Of a stretch of DNA of 64,000 bases, positions 11,465-25,079 are shown piece by piece (position 1 is the first letter of the stretch; every line of letters begins with the position of its first letter). A model generated the notes under the pieces. The model made no database searches, had not been told where the DNA came from, and worked only from the letters and a program-made list of their open reading frames with translations. Where the stretch lies: assembly GCA_973895155.1 (NCBI GenBank), contig OZ316898.1:7365079-7429078 (forward strand), read 5' to 3'. The translations under genes and the position numbers were made by a program. Origin of the DNA: Marsupella aquatica (lineage: Eukaryota; Plantae; Marchantiophyta).

Positions 11465-13967
11465 AATGGGGAGGGAAAAATCTGGAGGGAAGGGAGTCAC
11501 AATGGAAGGGGATCAGGAGTTGGGAAAAGGAAAGGAGGACAGGATAAGAAGTTGGTGGGGAAGTGGGGATTGAAATAGAAGGGGAACTAAAAGTATGGTG
11601 GGAGAGGCAGGTCAAGGGGTCACTTGGGAATTTATTTTTTGGGACCTGCAACACCATCTTGAGGGCTTGCTTAGGGCTAGGTTCCATGGGCCAGGGGCAG
11701 GGAGTACGATCACTCCCTCTAACACCCCCTGGGGCCCAAATACACTGTATGCCAAGGTGTAGACAAGTATTTTAAGTGTATGAGTTTTGGCTTTAGAGCC
11801 ATTGAGAATGCACTGTACTATCACTATACAGGGGCAGGGGGTGGCCCTAGAGTTTAAAAGTGAGTGTGAGGGAAAATCATACACCCTACTTCCGTATTTG
11901 TACACTCCTCACTCCCAGCCCCATGGAACCTACTTAGCCCTAAGGCTCCCATCCCTTTTTGCATCCTAGTTCTTGCCTCAACTTTCCTACCCATTTGTGC
12001 CTTCCGATGCCATACTTACATGTCAGACATCTTCCACATCATTTGACAACATGGATTTGAGCACCATAACATGTCCACAATGACAACTCATATCACAACA
12101 ACACACTTTTCATGATGACAAGAATTCCATAAGGACTACCTTTGTGCAACATGCCAAATGAGTTAGTATAGGGAAAATTAAACATTTGAGGAAGAAGTTG
12201 ATGCTCTGATGGATCACAATGTTTGACCATGCAGCTTGGATGCTGTCTTTTGAGACCCAAAGTATAACCATCTATAGAAATAAAATAGACCACTTGCATT
12301 CAAAGCAATGCTTGAACATACTAGTTGAATTAGAAGTAATGCTTGAGCATGCTCTATGAGGGTTGTGATAGTTCAACCAAGTTGTTTGTTAAATGTTGTG
12401 GTCCATCTAAGCTTCTCTTTCATTCATTCTAAAATCACATAATGTTATGAGCTTCAGTCCTACTTGCTTATAGTTGTCTTCTCACTCCATTCAATATAGT
12501 GAAAAACATATTCATAATGGGCCAATCCAAATTACAGGGCATTGTGTGCCACATTTAGATGAAGAGAGTTTCATCTAGAATAGAATCTCGAGGGGCAATT
12601 ATTGCTCTCATAGTGCTCTGGGAATAGGACCTTGAAACACTTAAAGGCCAACTAATTTAATTTTTTTACTAATTTAGTAAAAGCATAGGAGAATTTCCAT
12701 AATGAGTTGATCCAAATCTTGACCCTGCATTCTTCTCCATAAATGCCCGAATGATTACAAAGAGTAAAATCAAGAAGGCCTACCTTTTGTATAAATGCTC
12801 ACCTTTTCTGGTGTGAATTGAAAACTTGTTTGGTCTACAGGAGTTGTGAAGTGAAGTGAAGTGCAGCCCTCCTATTGCACTGCATTTTGGTACAATACCC
12901 AGAGGTTCCATGACGTCTAGAGTCCGTTGTTGACTCTAGGCTTTATACTTGGTCAAGTAAAGACTCAGGTCACTCATGGTTGGCTCTCACGTTTCATAAT
13001 TACACCCTCCCTTGAGGTCTCCTTCCTGAAGTGGTTGAATCATAATCTTTCAAGTCCATTGTGCAGAATCGCATGAGCCCACCTCCTGAAGCATGATTTT
13101 CAAGTTGTATCGTGTATAATCGTATGAGCCCACGTCTTGAAGCATTCTTCTCATGTACTGTACTGATTCCAGTCTAACAGTTTGACAGATCCTTCGTCAC
13201 CATCCTTTTGGCAGAGCAAGCAAGCGACCTCATTGCCCTAGAAAGGGCTGTGGATTAATCCAAGTACGTGTACCGTATGTCCATGAGAACTGCATGCTTT
13301 TGTAGGTGGGGGAGTGTGAGCGTGAGAAGTGTGCTCTTTGTCGTATAGAGCTTTTGTGTGGACAATGTTTTAAGATCTCTGGCATCCATTTGTAGATCCT
13401 CTGAAGTATCCATTTATGTCCACTGAGGAGGAAGTTAGATCTGATTTTTGGTCTGCTAGCTGTTGTTTACATGTGTAATTAGCGAATCCATAATGTTCTT
13501 CTTTGTAAGCATGAGGATAGAGCTACGAATTTGTGAGAGAAAGAATCCGTCGTTGAGTTAAAGTTTTTGATCTTTGGCCCAAAATCCACAACGCCACGGA
13601 TAAGCTCGATTGGGAACTTGCATTTATGACAGAAGACAGGAGCTCTAGTATACTAACGATAGCAGCGCATAACAAAGCAATCAGGCATCTGAGAATCTGG
13701 GAGTCCTCATCCTGTGTTAACTTATTCCGAGCGTGTAAAATGCATCGGGATTGGCCAAACTATTTGTGATTCTCATTTTTTTACAAAAATTTGAATTTCT
13801 ACATTCCACGTTAAATTTTCCTGAGTCTAGGAGATGCTTAATTTACTTTGAAACCAGCCAACATTCTCCAGACTCTGAATTTGACGTCGTTGATGTAAAA
13901 CATGGTACTTATCTCTTGCTGGTATGGGACCAGGAACACTGTGCTCGTGCGTGGAGAAGGTTCAGAG

Positions 13968-16351
13968 ATGTATCGAGCTATTGTTCAACGAGGCTTTAAT
14001 GTGGCAGACCCAGAGTCCACCCTTGATTTGGCCAGCAAGCCTATTCCAACTGCAGAGCCTGGTTACGTGGTTGTTCACATCACTCTCCGACCAATAAATC
14101 CGACAGACTTGGTTGCTATTCGAACAGGCCGAATAGCCAAGTATTATGAGTATCCGGTGACTGTTGGCAGTGAAGGGTTTGGCATTGTTGAAACGGTAAG
14201 CCTTTGGTCTGGTTGCACCTGCTCTCGTCGGCTTTCCTTCTAGAAATATGGCCTAATTTTCGGCTTTTGGGCATAACCTGTAAACTGTATAAAAGAGTCA
14301 GTTCGAAATGTATCAGCATAACAGTAATTACTTCACCTCTAGGAGTATATACCCATAGGGATCAAATGGTGCCTCTCTGCCACACATGACACGATCCTGA
14401 TCAAAGCAAACCTGACATGATTTTTTATGCATCCCCCATTTATCAGCTAAGAAGTTGTAGTCGTGCATCCTAATCCATCTGCACCCTTTTTGTGCTCCCG
14501 ACTCGTTCATCAGAAGAGTAAAAGACTGAGGGAAGTTTTTCGTCGATTGACTGGTCTTCCCTGAGATCGACAACAACGCCTTGCAATATCCTGTAAACTT
14601 CCGAATTTTTAAGGGCTCAAGTTCTGCCTTCTCCTGTTTTTCATAACTTCGACGTTGAGCTGCTGGGGTTTCTTTTATGAAGGGTCTTGTAATGTCTGTC
14701 ATATGCTGGTGAATGCAGATTGGCGAGGGCGTAACTCTTGTGAAGCCTGGTCAAAGAGTAGTACCACTGATCTGGGATCAAATGAGAACAGGAAATGGCT
14801 CTTGGCAAGAGTTTGTCAGCCTGAAAGAGGATTTGGTAGTCTCAGTTCCTGATTCGATCCCAGATGAGGTCGCAGCCCAATTCGTAATCAACCCTTGGAC
14901 GGCTATCGGCATGCTCGAAGACCTGAATGTTCCCAAAGGAGAGTACTTCATTCAAACTGCTGCTGGATCTGTAATTGGCAGGTACGTCCAAAGGTCATGT
15001 TCTGTGGCTAGAGGCGAACAAGATTGTCATTAGTTGGCCTGCATTTCATACCCCTCTACATATTGTTATGCAGCCAAAGTTGATTGCATATGGAACTAGA
15101 AAATAATTGAGACGAAGCTATAATCTGGACGCGTTTTAAACAATTTTGGGGTATGCGAAATGAAGATACTGAAGCTCTGGTACCTGGATGCTGGTTAGGC
15201 AAATCATACAGCTTGCCAAGCATTTAGAAATCAAATCAATCAACATAGTGAGACGCCCAGAGCAGAAGCAAGAGCTTCTTGCTTTGGGTGCAAATGAAGT
15301 TATATGCTCTACAACTGAAGGTGAGAATTTCCTCGAGCTTGCTTTTGAGAACTCGGTTTTTGGTTTGTAACATGCAATCACGTTTATTCGAAGGAAAGAT
15401 TCACTGAAGAGATTAGAATCGAACGATTCAACTTCCTCTCCTTACCAACGTACGATATTCACATTAAATTGTAGATTTTCGGCTGAATTTTGGTGAGGGT
15501 CCACCTTCAAATGGCTCATTACATAAGGAAATGTTCTCACAAAAGTGAAATAGAACTTTAGGACTTTCTTACTTAGGTTGTTCACTGTGAGTTCTGACCA
15601 GTGGCTAGTCCTCTGTTTCTATGAATGCGAATGTGGGGAGATCAGTTGAAAGGAAGTATGCTAGAAAATTGGCCAACGAAATCAACTTCTTGTCATCGAT
15701 TGATGTTTATCCTTAAGGCTGATATTCTCTCCGACTACTATTCACAACTCGCGCTGTGTGCAGATGTCATCTCAAGAGTGAAACAGATTACCTCGAAAAA
15801 ACTTGCATATGGTGCTCTTGATGCAGTTGGTGGTGAACTCACACAGGTATGACTATTCAAACGAATCAGCTCAATTTCTTTTCGGTGAAGGGAATCTGTC
15901 TAGCCAAGAAGGTAATTTGAATATGTGGAAGTCCATACCTTGGGAGCATGTTAAGTGGTTGACGAGAATCTCAGCAGATTCTCTATCTGTTTGTGGTGTT
16001 TGTGGTATATGGATTCATTTTGTAACATGTTGATTCCAGGTAGTTACGGCGAGCGTGAGACGCAAAGGTCAGGTCTTCGTTTATGGCGTGTTGGAGTCCA
16101 ACAATGCCTCCGTACGTATTAATGATCTGTTCAGAGAGGTTTCGGTCACGGGCTGGATATTGTCTAACCGATGGGACGACAAGAAGTTGAGGGAAGGTCT
16201 TATCCAACAGACCTTGACATGTTTAGAGAAGAAGGTTTTTGAACCATTCGTTGGAGAGAAGTTTGATTTAGCAAACTTCAAGGATGCTATTAAGAGATCT
16301 GAAGATGTTGGACGTGGAGGCAAAGTCTTACTCGCCAGTGCACCAAGATAA
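13968..16351 (+). CDS. Medium-chain dehydrogenase/reductase (MDR), enoyl-thioester / quinone reductase-like, no Zn-ligand cluster evident
   Basis: Exons 13968-14195, 14719-14981, 15199-15320, 15764-15846, 16040-16351. Motifs RPINPTDL, VGSEGFGIVE, GSWQEFV, AAQFVINPWTA, QTAAGSVIGR, ALDAVGGE, GRGGKVLL. Confidence 0.9.
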
Positions 16352-17627
16352 AAACCCAGCCTGCGATTGGAATTGTTGGAATATCGTTCTTAAGGAAGCT
16401 GAAGGCGTCAGACATGCTCGAACGTTGTACCAAAAAAATCAATTTTGAAATTGATCATAGGTAGTCCCACAAATCAGTTGCTACTATCAATGATAGTAGC
16501 TGGGAATAAAAATACACGGTTAGTGCAATCGGTTTACAGATGTGGCTATCAAAATTATCCACATTCCAGCGTGCCATGATGGGCACCCCTAATTACGCTC
16601 CCAAACGGCATCAAAATTTGGCTTCTTCCAAATGTAGTTTACGAAGACATGCTTAGTTTTTAGGCAGACAAATCTAAGAAAAGTCTAACTTGACTATTAC
16701 TGATTCACATCCGTGATTCAGAAAGATGTTTAGCCTTGACAAGTATTTACAGTGCTTAATTCCGATGTTTCGATCCGGTTTTGGAGATAAATAAGAACCT
16801 GGAAAATTGTACGCGGAAACACGAAGGTCCATTACGGAACATGTGCTAGTTTCCCAGACTTTTGAACTACAGGGAGGTGTGTATCATCAGCAGAAACTGA
16901 CGGTCTCGTGGTCTTTAGTTCCAGGAGTGCTGGTCCCAACTACAGGCGTAACTGAAGGTACACTCGAGAGAAAGTGAGCGAGGTTGGGAAGAAATTTGAG
17001 AAAAATAATGGTATTACAATGTTAGGGCTCTGAAGTCCACTTTGTGAATGACCAATATATGGTTTCTTTCCGTTCATTCAATTCCATTTCCACGCGGATT
17101 TCTTCGATTGAATTCTTAAAATATAGAGCGACCAATCAAATGTTTAGTTGAGGTGCTAAGGAGCGCTGAGAAGGATTCTTACTAATTATGATGGTCCAGA
17201 GGTCCTGCATGGAAACCTGTGTCCTATTGCTTCAATCGTGGACCTTCCTTTTCCCAGAAGAAGCACAGAACCCTGTCCTTAGAACACCTCCGGACAGGAC
17301 TCTCGTTATCTTTTAAACCGTATAAAACGTGGACTGAATGCATAACGAAACAAGAGTGAGACAGTAGATCCTCCTGGAAACCAAGACAGAATTACATGAA
17401 TGGGTAGCTGATTCCTGGTCCCTGACAAGAACTGTAACCAGAATGGAGCGAAGTACGATAAAGTTCACGAACATAACAAAAAGATAAGCTCAAATGATTC
17501 ATTTCTGAAATTCTTATCAGATGGTGAATACCTCATTTGGGAGGTAGTGCCATGTAACGGAACACCTCCACACACCCACCTGAGAATCCCAGGCACTTCG
17601 TCTAGAATAATCTCATACACGGAATTC

Positions 17628-17780
17628 CATTGAGTTTACTTGAATCGAATTAAATTTTGAATTCCCTTGAGCCCAGTCGGGCATGGAATATAGAGTGACT
17701 AGAAGTTCAATTGAGTTGACATGAATCGAATTAAATTTTGAAATCCCTTGAGCCCAATAGGGCATGGAATATAGGGTGAA
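17628..17780. repeat. Tandem duplication of ~82 bp
   Basis: Two diverged copies of ATTGAGTT...TGAATCGAATTAAATTTTGAA...CCCTTGAGCCCA...GGGCATGGAATATAG. Confidence 0.8.
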
Positions 17781-17945
17781 CATAAACCCCACCCCATCTC
17801 ACTACCTCCCACAAAGAACAACGACCACCTAAACCTCTTCCACTCAATTTGACGGCGTCAACCGACCCGAGGAACGTTGCTCATTTCCTCTTTTTCTAGA
17901 ACCTAAAAAACTTCAGCATCCAGTACCATATGGACGTCGGGATAG

Positions 17946-20900
17946 CTATGGATCCCAAGAAATACTTATCGTGTGTAGAGGAAAGGATTGGCGAAGTAGA
18001 GCACTTGTCACGGTATGATCTGCTTGTCCAAATGCTTGAGAACTACTAAATATATGCAGTGTACGAGTTATTGGTTGATGCTCTATTCTCCCCCCTCCCA
18101 GTTGCTCCACCTGCAAATTCAACCTCCCAACCGTCAATCAACTTGACTACTCTCTCCACATACAGTATGATGTTTTCCTCGCCAGCTCTCACCACATCTC
18201 TCGGCTCTGGACGAGCAGATTTCTACATTAATTTAAATACCCTTGGTAACAGCAGTGTGATTTTTTTGAGATAGAAACATCCATACCTCAAGGCCTAGGG
18301 TCTTTAGTTCTGCATAAGTGGCCTCCAGAATGTCCGAATGATAGGCCAATACCTTCGACCCTCTTACCACCTGGCAAATAAAAACATGTCGTTGGGAGCA
18401 GCCCACTTAAGTAGAGATAAGGGATTGAAATAAATTCTGGATTATTGAATTATAGACGTTATTTGGATTGGAATGCAGAGTTAGTGGAGGCATCCCTTAC
18501 AAGTTGCTGGTTTCCCTCCTTGTCACTTGTTCGCATCAAAACATACTTGAAAGTCCCTGGAGTTGATACCCAGAACCAGGCAAGAGAAGTCAGCACGACA
18601 GGGCTTGGTGAAGTGTCATTTAAACTGGGCTAAAACAAACATCATGTATTGAACTTCCTCTAAGCCTGCGAGCCAGATAGAGATGGTCACAGCCCACAAA
18701 TCCTCTTATGGTTTTGGGCTTTCACCGATCGGACATTAAATAATGAACATACATAGTGGTCCTTTTCTTCTATGGGATCCCTTCAGAAACTGGCCCCCCA
18801 CCAGACAACTCAAATGACTTATTGCACTTCGCAAATGCGAAGCAAAAGAGTGCTCCACTAGCAAAGCACAACCAAAAACCGGCTTCATCTGAAATTAGGG
18901 TGATAAAACTCAAACCTTCATCAATGTCCACTGTTGGGACATCGCTACCGGCCCATTGCGGACCAGGATCTTCTGTGGCCCATGCTTTCAGAAGATAATT
19001 TGATATTGAAAATTTTCCAGGTAGGCTAAATTCTTGACCATGTAGTAAAGTTTGTCCGAGAACTCTGGATTTCACGAACGTTCTATGTACCCACCTTACG
19101 TCCTGCACGCAACAGTATTTTAATGGGCTTGAGGATGCAGGATAGGAAATTACAGTGTAAATTTCTCCAGAGAAGCACATCATAAACCATGGAATTGGAA
19201 CATCCAACAGAAATGCTAAGATAAGTACTTTAACTGCCGAAAACGTATGTGAGAAGAAATTGACAACAATCTTGTTAGGAATAGATCCCCGATCTTATCA
19301 AACGTTATCAAGGATTTCACAACCGAAAAAGAGCTTGTACTTTAATTACCTCTAACTCTTTTGCATCCGCTGTTAATTTAGGTAGGGCATTCACTTCGTC
19401 AACTTCAGGAACCAGGTCTACTCCAACAGATATGACCTGCCCATGAGGTGGAGCCAAGGCGTTGTAATGTTCAATGTGTTGTGGCTTTACTGCACCCCTG
19501 AATCCAACCATAACAGATGACGGAAACGGCCAAGGTTGGCTGGCTGCATACCTGACACATCAATAGAGGACAGCAACGATTTGTTGAGAAATATTTGAAA
19601 GTAGAAGTATTTTGGAAGAGTAAGTGAAGTCATTTCAAAAAGTAATTGGCAACCTTGTGATTTGTACCATTATCGATAACTTCAGATCGAATCTCAATTT
19701 GGAACTACCCGCTGTCCAGGCTTGATTTTACCACTGTTTTGAAGTGAACTTTACCTCACACTACTTACATCAATGTCAACCCCTGCCTCTTCCTTGACTT
19801 CCCTGGCCACTGCCTTTTCAAAACTCTCGCCAATTTCAACAAAACCTGCCAAAACTGAGTAGCGACCAGCTTCCCATCTAGCCTGCAAGAAGTCATGTCT
19901 CTAACTTAAATCTGAGTGATCCAGATACATCATCCAGGATCCCAACAAGTCGCATGTTCTCATTTACTCTAGCGGTAGGGTTTCCTGCATGTTCAATTAA
20001 TACAAGTCTAGACGATTGTTGTACGAGTATCCCTGTAGCTTGAATGGGACTATCATCACGTGTAGAACCCGGAAATCACAGTCAAAAGGTACAGTCAAAT
20101 TGAACGTCACCTGTCGTCCAAGGAGAACATAATTCCCCGAAGTGATCAGCATTATAACAGCTGGATCCTGTAGAGGCCAACGACGACCATAGGCTAAACA
20201 TGTCATTACTGAAGGTGGCACACCGGTTGTCAGTAAGCGTGAAGTCTTCCTTAGCGAATCAAAATCATCGACAGATAGTTCAATGTTACGTGGTCAAGCA
20301 TAGCACAGGGACCCTTCTCACCATATAACTTCTAGCATAGTCAAGATTTCCAAAAATTCTGGGAGAAAAAACAACTTAAGCATAGATTTGACTGTTATAT
20401 ACAGTATACCATGCGCGGATAAGACAACCTTCCACAGGTTTCTGCAGAGCATTGTAAGGAGTGACCCCCCTCCTTAGGCACCATCTTTGACCCGCAATGC
20501 CCACAATGCCTCTGCATAAAAAAGACCAGATTTACCACTTTCAGATCCACAAGAGTCCCCAAATCTGGTTTACTGCATTGCGATTGTTACAATACTTGCG
20601 TGACTTTGTAAAAACGATATGTACGGGTGTACTTGATAGACCTCAAGTGGAGATAATAACTCCGTCAGAAACAGGAACGATTAAAAAACACTCACATTTC
20701 GGGAATGCCACTCAACCATTCCCCTGGCATAGGCTAATAGTCCAGCGTCAGAGGCATCTTCTATTCCATATCTCCGGACATCCACCCATTCTACTCCTTC
20801 GTCTAGCTGTATAGCATCTGTACTGCTGCAAAACAGCGCAATTAGGCTACAATATCCATATTCAAATCAAAGGCTTTCAAGAGTTTGTTTGCATATCATT

Positions 20901-23499
20901 AGCACATCTTGCATTCACCACCTAATGCTAATTATAATGCCCAATTATGAAGTGGAACAGAACTGGGAAAATCACCCCACTTAATCTAATATCCACCAAA
21001 AGTAGACAGGCTGTGATGCTAACTTATTACACCGATTAAGTCGAAGGACAAGCGTGACTCGATTTATACAGGGCTTGTCCCAAACTTGTAGGAACATAAG
21101 AGCCAATAATTATACACAAAATAGGCGCATCTTGCTCCCAACCTGTTTCGAGTCCTTTCTTCAGAGCGACTGCGAATATGGGGATTTTCTCGTTCTTTGA
21201 TAGGCCAAGGAATATAGGCTCGTGATGATCAAGCCTTTGGAGGGCAGATGGCTGAAGAAAGACAGCCATTCCATGTTTTGCCAAACTCTTGTTCTCCAGT
21301 ACCGGGACAACCTGCAAAGAGGTATTCAGAATCAAAACCAGGGTACAGAGTAGAGTAGTAGATGACCAGACAGTCCATGGGCTCACCAGTCGGCCCAGGA
21401 ACTCACATTAAGCAAAAGGAAACAAGAGACAAGTATTAGTTCTTTAGAGTCTCAATTTGACAGAAAAAAATGATCTTCTAGCACAAACTTGCAGATGATA
21501 GTGACTTACAAGGGTATTCTCTTGAGAAAAAGCATCAGCGAGCCATGCTGCATCTGTACGATGCTCTCCTGCCCGCTCAGCACCAATCTCCGAAAAGAAG
21601 ACTCCCTGTTCAATGAAAGTTTAGTCAAAGATAATCGCCGAAACTGGATGCTTTTAACATATCTACCTGATTCCTTCAATCGCATATTCACGGCAACTAT
21701 TATTACCTCATTGGATTCAAGGGCGGTAACTTGCGCTGCTGCGACATGTATTCTCCTCTGTTCTCTCCATATTTTGAGAGCTGGATGTTGTTCTGATTTA
21801 TGGACATAGATAAAACAAGAGTGAGCCTTCACTTAAGTTGCTTTAGAGATTTGTCACATCATGAATCAAATAACCGGAATAAAAAAATAAACACACAAGA
21901 GAGCTTTGCAAGAATACTAACATGGCGGCAGACTAATAATGTCTGCAGCACTGCTGAGACGCCTTAACGTTTTTTAAACATCTTTTACACTTTAAGATGC
22001 TAAAATTAAACTATAGTTTTGTGGAGCATTTCGATACAAACGATAGTCTTGCGAGAAACAGGAAAGCGCAACCAGATCTATACAAAACCCAACTTAGCTA
22101 TCATTATTGACTTCAAAGAAAACTGGTTGTCCCCTGCTCAGACAAGTCAATGGAAAGCCTAGGAGCTTCTGCTAGGCACACAAATTTGAACCATTTGTCT
22201 CGCTTATGCCACATATGTTTGATAGTATGAGTTGCTGCCTTTAACCAGAATAACAGTACCAAACATGTAAAAAGTTGTCCTGGAATATACCTTCTTGAGG
22301 AAAAAAAGATGCGTGGTGGAGCTAATGCGTGATCTAGTGACAGAACGCCTAAAACTGGACTTTCCTGAACGGAATTATTCAACTGAAATTTCTCTTCAAA
22401 GTCTAAAGACACGGCATGCAGCTAGCCCCAAATATCAGTGCTTCTCAAACATATATAATCATCTCATTTAATGAATAACGACGTCAAATAACAGCAAAGA
22501 GAACCAGAGCATTGCTTCAAGCAATTCTCTTGCGTCGGCTCGTTAAAGATACTATCCGTGTTTATCACGTTTGCATGTGGGGAGCCCAAGCAATAGAATT
22601 AGAGACACAATAGTCATGGAATATTTCTGACTTGTACAGCCAGTAAGTCCCCCGGACTTCATGGATATTGCTTGGAACAATGCTGAGTCTTTCAAGTCCA
22701 GGTTTACTGAACTTCTTGTATATAAAATCATCCTGGCATCCATTGAACTTGTAGAGCGTAACCTAACTCCTCTCTTAGAATTCTAATTAGGAATAGACTC
22801 TGCCGTTGGTCTGGTCTGCAGAAGCCAGCATGGACGATCCTTGTGGGCTGTAGCAGTTGAGTTTTCGAATTGCAGAGAATCCAACACTGTCTTTGGCATT
22901 GTTACTTGTCCGCACGAGTGAATGAATAACAATAGACTCTCCGCCATTCAGCTAGGAGGACTTTTCGAAGGAAATTTCTGAGCTGGGCTGTTACCGAGAT
23001 TTACATTCTGGTGATGACCTTACGAACAGCAGTGTTCTTAATTTAAAGAAACCACATTTCCAATCAGCAGTGATCTTAATTTAAAGAAACCACATTTCCA
23101 AACTGCAGTGATCTTAATTCAAAGAAACCACATTTCCCTGGAGAGAAATTACTAAAATCAGGTTTTGCACTAGATGGTTTATAAAATCATGGCACGCAAA
23201 TCATAGTAGGAACGAGCGACGATGCAACAACCGCGTCTGAGTAAAATACTCTTTTTACTCTCTTCTAACACAGTACACTGAGGCAATTCACTCGTCAGTA
23301 GTTTGAACTGACCTCTGGTGAGCTTCACCCGGCGACTTCGACGATCCTCTCTGCCCAATTGGGCACCTCTTCTGCTGCCCATACAGAATGCGGAGATTCG
23401 ACAAAGAGGGCGCCAATTTCCCATTAAGGCGGGCCTCTGCTGGAGCGAAAAAATAGCCCTTCCGCAAGACATGGCAGCCAGACTCAGAACGCCCACCAT
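17946..23499 (-). CDS. NudC/NUDT12-13-type NAD(H) pyrophosphatase fused to a C-terminal Janus/Ocnus (PHPT1-like) domain, with N-terminal organellar-type presequence (~546 aa)
   Basis: 13 exons: 23499-23313, 21792-21707, 21605-21510, 21311-21143, 20817-20696, 20511-20410, 20167-20111, 19882-19755, 19551-19350, 19102-18916, 18556-18501, 18370-18287, 18110-17946. All GT-AG with consistent phases; the first two exons are least certain. Motifs: ARGMVEWH, Zn finger CGHCG...CSAETC, YPRMDPAVIML, Nudix box [31 protein letters not shown], then [36 protein letters not shown]. Confidence 0.9.
23026..23138. repeat. Three tandem ~39-bp units within intron 1 of the Nudix gene
   Basis: GCAGTG(T/A)TCTTAATT(T/C)AAAGAAACCACATTTCC three times. 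Confidence 0.85.
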
Positions 23500-23807
23500 G
23501 TTACCGTACTACTCTCCTCCACAATGTGCTACCCGCCTGCCTGCGTGCTAACATGCCCACCTTGAAACAAACCACCGCCGGTCTTGACTTTCAACAAACC
23601 ATTTCAAGTGGGTTCAAGCCATCACCACTCAATTTCGGAATTGAAATTGTAGATGGGCACAGAGACTTCAGTCGTGTAGACTATTTATCCCAAAGAACTC
23701 GCTGGATGACGAGAAGTTGGTCTCTCAGTTCGCTCTCTCAACCTCTGAAGCCCAAATGAGTGCCCAATCTAACTCCAAAAAGGTTCATTGTGGCAACCCT
23801 TCTTTAG

Positions 23808-23897
23808 TTTCTTTCAAGGCTTGTAGAAGTGCCTGTGTGTGTGTGGTGTGTGTGTGTGTGTTCTTTCAAGGCTTGTAGAAGTGCCTGTGTGTGTGTG

Positions 23898-23942
<45 letters not shown>
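23808..23942. repeat. Compound (GT)n/(GA)n microsatellite with a duplicated ~53-bp unit
   Basis: TTCTTTCAAGGCTTGTAGAAGTGCC(TG)n twice, followed by (GA)n. Confidence 0.9.
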
Positions 23943-25079
23943 CAGAACGTTAAACTGGCTGGGAAACTTACAAAGGTGAAGCGGACCACGATGGATGGAA
24001 GCATTCTTCAACGTGGAGCTCTTCTGTCCTCCTGCTCTCCCCTCCATCTCTGTGGGGATGAATCTCAACTATTTTGGTCATCATGCATTCAGTACCTTTG
24101 TTATCAAATGCGAAAGGGACATTGAAATGAAACTCTATATAATTATGGTCATAATGCTTTAGAGTACTACTTTGACCACTCCCATCATAGCCTAAAAAAT
24201 GAGTGACCTTAAAATCTGCTGAGAAGTTGCTTAACCCAAAAAAATACCAGGTGAGTTATCTCTTCTTGTCCTCCTGGACCAAGCTGGTCTCTACTACTTC
24301 AAAGCTAATTAGGTTTGTCCTATTGTGAATTAAGTTGGTCTTATTGTAAACTATGGGTGACTTAGGGGAAAACACCTCTGGGAGATCACAGTTTCACCGA
24401 GGCATTGAAGGCCCACTAGTTGATTTAGATGTAGAACAGTAACTCAACGTGAACTCAGATCTAAATGCTGGTTGACTCATCCAGTTTCAGCCACTTTATG
24501 CAGAACTCTATCCACTGCGCATTTGTTCTCAAAGGGGAAGGGACGTATTAGGGGGGGGTATGAACTATATATAACAAGGAATCAACTACAAATGAGGACC
24601 AAGAGAGATCAGAATTTGGGATGCAAAATGAAGGCTTAACGTCTTCAAGCCATTCTAAAGACATCCACCAAATGAGGTGAGAATGGGACATGGGAAACCT
24701 CTCATAGCAGAATGAGAGGCATAAAGCATCACAACTCCAATTGTTGAGTGGCGGGGAGACTCTCAACAATAATTGGGGGATGTGAAATCAGTAGAGTTTG
24801 CAGTAAAGTTGGAAAGAAGTGAGTCTTGGTATTCCTCAAGTGCTCTTGTAGGGTGTTTTTTTTTGGGGGGGGGAGGTCACTATTTGTAGGCACCCCACAT
24901 CATGGGAAGGACTTTGTATTTTCTGTGTACTCTCATCAACTTAAAATAAGTACCTCCAAAGCAATTATAGGTTGAAATGTGTGAATCAAGATAAAACATG
25001 CTTGAAAGACTCAAGAGTGCTGAAAGACATTCATAGTGTATGTTACCTCTGAGCCCTAGTTATTACATAGGTGATTGAA

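Noticed and set aside
20750-20775. Suspected frameshift in the Nudix gene
   Set aside because: Re-reading gives an open frame ([12 protein letters not shown]).
22100-22770. Additional Nudix exons in the long first intron
   Set aside because: Candidate segments hit stops or lack convincing donors, and the model is phase-consistent without them; cannot be excluded without RNA data.
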